From positions 3,136,001 through 3,200,000 of the forward strand of contig OZ223209.1 in NCBI GenBank assembly GCA_965140415.1: DNA of 64,000 nt, read 5' to 3'. Numbering within the stretch: position 1 is the first letter of the stretch; each line of letters begins with the position of its first letter. The DNA comes from Myxococcota bacterium. GTDB lineage: Bacteria > Myxococcota_A > SURF-8. The position numbers and the translations under genes were made by a program. Below, one piece after another: positions 57,858 to 64,000 of the stretch. The notes beneath the pieces were generated by a model, which did not search any database, was not told the DNA's origin, and was given only the letters and a program-made list of their open reading frames with translations.

Positions 57858-58925
57858 CTATGCGATGTGAAGCGATTTCTGAAATCTCCTTCGTTTTCGG
57901 AGATACATAAGAGCTATAAGCAAGGCGAACAATGCACCAGACCCATTCCCGTGCTGACATCCGCTGCTGCCATCCTGGCCGTCGCCATCCGTCTGGTTAT
58001 TGCCATTCGTGCAGATCTCACCCGGTTTGCAATCGATGAGTCCCCCTCCGGGGCCGTTTTCGAAGGATTCTTCATCGCCATCTGTGGAGCCCGGATCGAT
58101 GGGACTGTCAACGGAAGGAGTGTTTTCGTTGCGATCGTAATCCATCCAGGGTGGAAGTTCGTCATCATCTCCTGGCGATGCCGGAGAGCAGTGACGATTG
58201 ATGCAAATTTCATCGACGGCACAATCTCCGTCATTCAAACACGGCTCGATGCACACATGGTTGATTGTGTCGCAAACCTGGGGAGTGCAGTCGGAATCAT
58301 AGAGACAGAAAAACGTCTCCAGTTCGTCATCGCCATCCGGGATCGGTTGACAGGTATAGTCATCATCGCAGAATTCACCCTGCAAACACTGGCCATTGTC
58401 CATGCAGTAGTAACGGCAAAGTAGCAGGCGGGAATCACAATAGGTGTCAGGACGGTTCGGGCAATCGTCGTGCCTCCGACACTCGCCTGCGGCCAAAGGC
58501 TGACATACGGAGTCTTCACAGTAAAAGCCGTATGGACAATCGGCGTGATCGGAACATGTAACAACCTGGTCGCTGTCGCTTTCCGATGGCAGTTCCAAAT
58601 CCAGATCTTCATCTCCACCACTGGCGGGGTCGCATTTGTGTGTAACGGGGTTGCAGAACTCATTTTCCCGGCACTGTTCGTTTGTGGCGCACAAAAACCG
58701 GCAGGTGAAACTGCTTTGTTCGCAATACAGGTCGGGATAGCCGGGGCAGTCGGTGTCTTTTCGGCAATCGCCACTGGCCAACGGATAGCACATCCCCTCC
58801 AAGCAGTAGTATGTCGGATCGCAATCCTCATGGTCCAAGCAGGTTTCCGCATCAGCCATGAGAGGAAAAGCGAGAGAACTAATCACCAGTAAAAATAAAA
58901 CACAAGACTTACCCAATTTCATCAC
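57858..58925 (-). CDS. Cys-rich surface protein with a tandem ~73-aa repeat and MYXO-CTERM/GC_trans_RRR-like anchor
   Basis: Signal peptide; two TC.DH.DC....YC....C.PLA.G.CR...DCP..PD.YC units; C-terminus GSSGCQ-TM-RKRRR. Confidence 0.78.
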   Translation of the reverse strand: MMKLGKSCVLFLLVISSLAFPLMADAETCLDHEDCDPTYYCLEGMCYPLASGDCRKDTDCPGYPDLYCEQSSFTCRFLCATNEQCRENEFCNPVTHKCDPASGGDEDLDLELPSESDSDQVVTCSDHADCPYGFYCEDSVCQPLAAGECRRHDDCPNRPDTYCDSRLLLCRYYCMDNGQCLQGEFCDDDYTCQPIPDGDDELETFFCLYDSDCTPQVCDTINHVCIEPCLNDGDCAVDEICINRHCSPASPGDDDELPPWMDYDRNENTPSVDSPIDPGSTDGDEESFENGPGGGLIDCKPGEICTNGNNQTDGDGQDGSSGCQHGNGSGALFALLIALMYLRKRRRFQKSLHIA

Positions 58926-59056
58926 GCGATACTCCTAAACCTGGAAAGATGGAGCGAGTATAACTCTTCAGTCTGACATTAGCATGAGTTGCATTTTCTT
59001 ACAATTGAACTTCACCCCTCTCTGTGATATGGTCGATTTCGTCTTATTGAGGAAAG

Positions 59057-59617
59057 GTGCAAGCCATGGGTAGATGTCACAATTTTTCGATCCTGTTTGT
59101 TCTGTTGCTGATTGCATGCCTGGGTGCCTGCTCGCCGCGCCCAAAAGCACATCATCCACAACCGGAAGACAACAAAAAGCAAGAAGCGGAACTGGTTACC
59201 AATGATTTGCTGGACGCCTGCAAAACAAGCGATCAGCAACGATTCTTTTCATACCTGGACAAGAACCTTACCTGTCTTGCACTTGGTACGGAAGTCGAGA
59301 GAATCAGCACGCAAACGCTGGCAAGCAGATTCAATGAATCGGAGCGTGTCTCTGCTGCATGTGCGCCAAACTATCTTCCTGCACAGCTTAAAATCACGGC
59401 TTATTCTCGCTTTGAACTGTTGAATAGAAAGAGTGATGTCCCGGAAACGATACGCGAATACAGCTTGCATATGCAGAAATGGGACATCCTGGTTGCCGTA
59501 ACTCATCGTTCCGGTAAAAACACGAATGCCTCTCCGCTGATTGTGATTTGGTCCAAACCCGCAGGGGCCTGGCTTATAAACGCAGCCGATTGTGACCGCT
59601 TATTTGTTGACGAGTAA
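59057..59617 (+). CDS. Hypothetical lipoprotein
   Basis: GAGGAAAG RBS, hydrophobic signal with LGAC lipobox; fills the gap between flanking genes. Confidence 0.6.
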   Translation: MQAMGRCHNFSILFVLLLIACLGACSPRPKAHHPQPEDNKKQEAELVTNDLLDACKTSDQQRFFSYLDKNLTCLALGTEVERISTQTLASRFNESERVSAACAPNYLPAQLKITAYSRFELLNRKSDVPETIREYSLHMQKWDILVAVTHRSGKNTNASPLIVIWSKPAGAWLINAADCDRLFVDE

Positions 59618-59653
59618 TTCTGAAAAAAGATCTGGCAGAAGCCGGGAAGGAAA

Positions 59654-60793
59654 TCACAGCAAGCTGCGAATCAGCATCGCACCGACGATACCAACCGAAA
59701 CGAGTGAAGCGGCAATACCGATATACAACCAGGTTTTCTTTCGTGGATCAACGACAATGACCTCATCTTCGTCATCATTGGCCTTGGTAACTTTTTTCAG
59801 TTTTTGACGGGAGGATGAGAAGGAACTTTCCGCTTCTCGTTCCACCTTTTGGGCTTCACGCTCCAAGGAAGCCATCGCCACTTCATCGATTTCCAATTCC
59901 TGAAAAATCGGATCTTCCAACAAGTTCATGTTCTGAACTTCGTTGTACCTGGCGAACAAGGGGCGATAGAATTTGTCCCGATCGGTTTCTTCGCTTATCG
60001 GGGCGGTGTTGATTCCAATGCCGAAGTGGTAGACGAGAAGATTGCTGACGTAAATACACTTGGCCAATGCAGGATTTTTCTCGGCTTTTTGCGGTTCGTG
60101 ATGCCGAATGACCGCCTCGACCACGGAAGCAGACATGTGCCAGCGCTTCGCCGCAATACCTCCAGCCAGTTCATGCACTTCCTGCATGGCGCGCTCAAGC
60201 ATGATTTCAGGGAAAATTCTGCGATTCTGAATTTCATCGGGAATGTTTCCCAATAATGCCGCTTTTCCGACATCGTGAACCAGGCCGGCCAGGAAAGCGA
60301 CTTCCGGGTCCGTATTGGCATATGGCGAAATTCGCCTGGCCATCGAAGCACAAGCCATGCTGTGCTTCCAAAGGGCGTTGATCAGCTTTTGGTAATCCTG
60401 GTTCGCAAATAAACGCGTCTCAACAAACAAACTGAATAAAGTGTGTTTCAGTTCGTGTTGGCCGATTCGGACCATTGCTTCGCGAATCGTATCGGCATCG
60501 CGTGCTCTGCGTAACAGAGAGGAGTTGGCAATCTGCATCAACCGACCGGCAACGGATTGATCTTTCTCGATCAACTTCTCGATTTCTGAAATCGGAGTTT
60601 CCGGATCGCTGGCCAGACGCATGGCCTGGGCGATAATGGTCGGAATGGTGGGAACATCCAGTTTTCCATCGCGAATCCAGCGCGACATCAACACCCGCAG
60701 TCGGTTCACCAAATGGCGAACCTCCGCAGGAAGTTCCGATGCAAACTCACGCGGTTCCATGTTGTCTGTAAGTTGAGCCCCGCTATCGCTCAT
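59654..60793 (-). CDS. HDOD domain protein with C-terminal transmembrane helix
   Basis: VPTIP, IEKDQSVAGRLMQIANS, LWKHS, AFLAGLVHDVGK, W......EAVIRHH; start moved to ATG 60793 behind GGAGG. Confidence 0.88.
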   Translation of the reverse strand: MSDSGAQLTDNMEPREFASELPAEVRHLVNRLRVLMSRWIRDGKLDVPTIPTIIAQAMRLASDPETPISEIEKLIEKDQSVAGRLMQIANSSLLRRARDADTIREAMVRIGQHELKHTLFSLFVETRLFANQDYQKLINALWKHSMACASMARRISPYANTDPEVAFLAGLVHDVGKAALLGNIPDEIQNRRIFPEIMLERAMQEVHELAGGIAAKRWHMSASVVEAVIRHHEPQKAEKNPALAKCIYVSNLLVYHFGIGINTAPISEETDRDKFYRPLFARYNEVQNMNLLEDPIFQELEIDEVAMASLEREAQKVEREAESSFSSSRQKLKKVTKANDDEDEVIVVDPRKKTWLYIGIAASLVSVGIVGAMLIRSLL

Positions 60794-61075
60794 CGTCTTA
60801 ATTTGCCCTCCCGAAATCAAACCCTGTTTCAGTGTAGGCGATTTCTGACACCGAAGCAATAAAACATGCGACTTTCAGACGGAATGTAAGCATTTTTTGG
60901 AGTAAGGGGTGCCTAACTGCGGATGTTACGCCAATCGGTAACGCTTGCCATCTTTTCAACTAATTGCGTTAATTCACTTGATTTTCACTTGCTTTTCGAT
61001 GGGGGGACGCTAATACTGAAAGGGGTACATGAGGGCTTGTTATTTACTTTCGAAGGGGAGGATGTATAAACAGCG

Positions 61076-63190
61076 ATGAAACGTCCATTGCGTGTAATCA
61101 TACTCTGGCATATGCACCAGCCTAACTATGTTAACCCGGACACAGATCACTCTCTGATGCCATGGGTCCGCATGCACGCAATCAAAGACTACTACGACAT
61201 GGGTCGCATCGTGGAGCAGGTGCCGGGTGCGAAAGCCGTTTTCAATTTCGTTCCATCCCTATGGGAACAGTTACTGCGTATGTCCGATGGTGATTGGCTT
61301 GATGAATACGAGCTGGTCTGCCGCAAACGAGAATCGGAACTTTCCAAAGAGGAAGTCCTGTTTATCGGGAAGTATCTGTTTTCATGTGTTTACGACACGA
61401 TGATCCGCCCTTATCCCTCCTACGAACAGCTATTTGAACGCTTCGGCCCCAATGCGCCAGCCGACCAGATCCTAAGTGCAAGCGAGCAAAATCTTCGCGA
61501 CATTCAAGTCTGGTTCCATTTGGCATGGTGCAATCATGAACTGCAAAGCAGATCAAATATTAAAGCGCTGATCGAACAGGGTTCCGGTTTCTCTTTCGAG
61601 CAAAAACTGGAACTTCTCGACACGCTTCGAGCCTTCTTGTCTGAAATTCCGGATCTTTATAGAAAACTTAGCGAACAGGGTGCGGTCGAGGTCAGTACGA
61701 CTCCATTTTTTCATCCGATACTGCCTCTGTTGCTCGATCCAGATAGCGCACATATCGCTTGTCCTGGTATGGAGCTACCTGAAGGACGCTATCCCTTACC
61801 GAATGATGCAAAGCTGCATGTCGAACGAGCGATTGTTTCTCATAAGGAACTGTTTGGTAGTGTTCCTATCGGTTTCTGGCCTGCCGAAGGCTCCGTTTCT
61901 CCACTGGCAGCCCAACTCTTTCGGGAGAATGGAGTTCAGTGGATCGCCACAGATGAAGAGAATTTAAGGCTTTCTCTGGGTTTGCCCAAAATGAACGCTG
62001 AAGAGAAGTATCGGTTGTATACACACAGCGGAGTACACATTTTCTTCCGCGATCATGGTCTTTCCGACAGAATCGGCTTTAATTATCAGCACTTTGAACC
62101 AACTGCGGCAGTGGATGACTTCTTGCATCACTTGCGCAGCATTCATCGAGCGCTGCCGGAATGGGGGGACTTTGCGGTTCCTGTTATTCTTGATGGGGAA
62201 AATTGCTGGGAATTCTATCCAGAACAGGGGCGGCCTTTTCTGCTGGAATTTTACCAACGTCTAACGGAAGCCGACGATATCGAGCTTCTTACTTTCTCCG
62301 ATCTTCTTTCCCAACAACCCGAAAGTTTTGAGTTGCCATATCTTCACTCCGGAAGTTGGATCGACGCGAACTTTACCACCTGGGTTGGAGATCCCGTAAA
62401 AAACCAGGCATGGAGCCATTTCTATCAAGCTCGTCGGCGTTGCCAAGCCTATTTGGACGATCCCAATCTCAGTAGCGAACAACGCGAGAACATTTTGGAA
62501 CAGATTCTCGTGGCGGAAGGTAGCGATTGGTTCTGGTGGTTTGGAGAAGGACACACGTCAGAGTACGACGAATTGTTTGACGCGCTGTTTAGAAAACGTC
62601 TGATCGCCATATACAATGCATTAGGCGAAACGCCACCAGATGCGTTGCACGAACCAATCGATAATCGCTGGGAGATGGATCGGGCTTATATCCTGCCAAC
62701 CCATTCGATACATCCTCGTATTAACGGTCGAACCGACTCTTACTGGGAATGGTTGTCTGCCGGTGCCTGTTATCCGCAAGGCGGGTCCATGCAGCGCTCC
62801 ACCATCCTGATAAAAAAGCTTTCTTTCGGCTTTAATGAGCATAGCCTGTATTTGCGCATCGAATCAAATCAGCTAAGAGAGTTGATAGAAGGCAAGCGAG
62901 TTCTGCAAATTCTCTTCACCCGACCGGAAATGCGCACATTCTCAATTCCGCTTCTACAAAGCAAAACCCGTGGCGCCATCGAGCAAGATGTCTTATTTGC
63001 AATAAATCAATGTGTGGAAATAAGCATCCCGTTTATTTCTCTCGATCCTGATTTCGAGGCAGGAGACCCCATAAACTTCTATGTCGCGATCAGTGATGAT
63101 TCTCACGAGTTGGAGCGATTGCCATCAGGAGCACCCATTCACCTGCCCTTCCCTTCTGAAACCTTTGACGAAGAAGACTGGCAGGTTTGA
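61076..63190 (+). CDS. Glycoside hydrolase family 57 (amylopullulanase-like)
   Basis: LWHMHQPNY, PWVRMHAIKDY, TPFFHPILPLL, GFWPAEGSVS, ILDGENCWE, AEGSDWFWW. Confidence 0.93.
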   Translation: MKRPLRVIILWHMHQPNYVNPDTDHSLMPWVRMHAIKDYYDMGRIVEQVPGAKAVFNFVPSLWEQLLRMSDGDWLDEYELVCRKRESELSKEEVLFIGKYLFSCVYDTMIRPYPSYEQLFERFGPNAPADQILSASEQNLRDIQVWFHLAWCNHELQSRSNIKALIEQGSGFSFEQKLELLDTLRAFLSEIPDLYRKLSEQGAVEVSTTPFFHPILPLLLDPDSAHIACPGMELPEGRYPLPNDAKLHVERAIVSHKELFGSVPIGFWPAEGSVSPLAAQLFRENGVQWIATDEENLRLSLGLPKMNAEEKYRLYTHSGVHIFFRDHGLSDRIGFNYQHFEPTAAVDDFLHHLRSIHRALPEWGDFAVPVILDGENCWEFYPEQGRPFLLEFYQRLTEADDIELLTFSDLLSQQPESFELPYLHSGSWIDANFTTWVGDPVKNQAWSHFYQARRRCQAYLDDPNLSSEQRENILEQILVAEGSDWFWWFGEGHTSEYDELFDALFRKRLIAIYNALGETPPDALHEPIDNRWEMDRAYILPTHSIHPRINGRTDSYWEWLSAGACYPQGGSMQRSTILIKKLSFGFNEHSLYLRIESNQLRELIEGKRVLQILFTRPEMRTFSIPLLQSKTRGAIEQDVLFAINQCVEISIPFISLDPDFEAGDPINFYVAISDDSHELERLPSGAPIHLPFPSETFDEEDWQV

Positions 63191-63242
63191 AAAAACACCG
63201 TTTTCAACAATACGAACCTGTATTTACTTAGAGAGGGACAAC

Positions 63243-64000
63243 ATGGCAAAGGACAAACTATCATTCATCCTTGGCGTTCATTGCCACCAGCCTGTTGGAA
63301 ATTTCGGCTGGGTAATTGAAGAAGCATTCGAAAAGAGTTATCGCCCCTTTATGGAAACATTGGCTCAATATCCTCTATTGAAAGCAACGGCTCATTTCTC
63401 CGGTCCGCTGCTTGAGTGGATCGAGGCCGAACGACCTGAATTCTTCAAGACTGTTCGCCGTCTGGTTGAGGCGCGGCAATTGGAAATCATTGGTGGCGGA
63501 TTTTACGAGCCGATATTAATGACAATTCCTGAAATCGATCGTTTGGAACAGATCGAGATGCTTAGTGCCTATTCAGAGGAAAAACTGGGTATGCGCCCTA
63601 GTGGTCTCTGGTTGACGGAGCGCATCTGGGAACCGGCTCTGCCTCAAACTCTTACGGCAGCCGGAGTCCAATTTACCTTCACAGATGACAGTCACTTCTT
63701 CCAGGCGGGAATACCGGAAGAAAAAGTCGGCGGATACTACATTTCGGAAGATCAAGGCGAAGCCTGCGCCATTTTCCCCATCGATCAGACCTTGCGCTAT
63801 GCAGTGCCCTTCAAAGCGCCTGAAGTAACAATCGAGTACTTGCGCAAACGTTTCGAAAACGGAGACCGAAGCTGCTGCACGTTATTTGACGATGGAGAGA
63901 AATTCGGGTTGTGGCCGGGAACGTATAATCTGCTTTATCGCGAAAACTGGATCAAGCAGTTTTTCGAAGCCCTACAGAGTGAATCGGACTGGCTGGAAAT
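63243..64000 (+). CDS. GH57 alpha-amylase / 4-alpha-glucanotransferase, 3'-truncated by window edge
   Basis: Not in the ORF track. Manual translation MAKDKLSFILGVHCHQPVGNF...HFSGPLLEW...GGGFYEPIL...GLWLTERIWEP...FDDGEKFGLWPGT. Confidence 0.92.
   Translation, partial: MAKDKLSFILGVHCHQPVGNFGWVIEEAFEKSYRPFMETLAQYPLLKATAHFSGPLLEWIEAERPEFFKTVRRLVEARQLEIIGGGFYEPILMTIPEIDRLEQIEMLSAYSEEKLGMRPSGLWLTERIWEPALPQTLTAAGVQFTFTDDSHFFQAGIPEEKVGGYYISEDQGEACAIFPIDQTLRYAVPFKAPEVTIEYLRKRFENGDRSCCTLFDDGEKFGLWPGTYNLLYRENWIKQFFEALQSESDWLE

Overview
Bacterial chromosomal window of about 50% GC. Gene content (HslVU, XerC, long HflX, PEGA proteins, MYXO-CTERM-like tails, many Cys-rich lipoproteins) suggests an uncultured deltaproteobacterium/Myxococcota-like organism; this is an inference. 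Housekeeping genes (fumarase/aspartase, mutY, acuC, pyrE, mnmA-xerC-hslVU, hflX, pepP, two GH57 enzymes, two-component kinases) are interleaved with an unusually rich set of exported proteins that share acidic 'DGD' linkers and Cys-rich modules. Accessory features: a three-gene lipid-linked glycosylation cluster with a duplicated promoter; a class II thioester-domain (TED)-like secreted protein; an intact IS4-family element with a 10-bp target duplication; a family of REP-like hairpins, two of which bracket an orphan Rhs-toxin/immunity cassette; a probable ATC-initiated hflX; and a ~240-nt, highly base-paired intergenic element with a perfect four-way junction next to a radical SAM gene. No CRISPR array, rRNA or tRNA was recognised. 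All calls come from motif reading only; no database searches were run.
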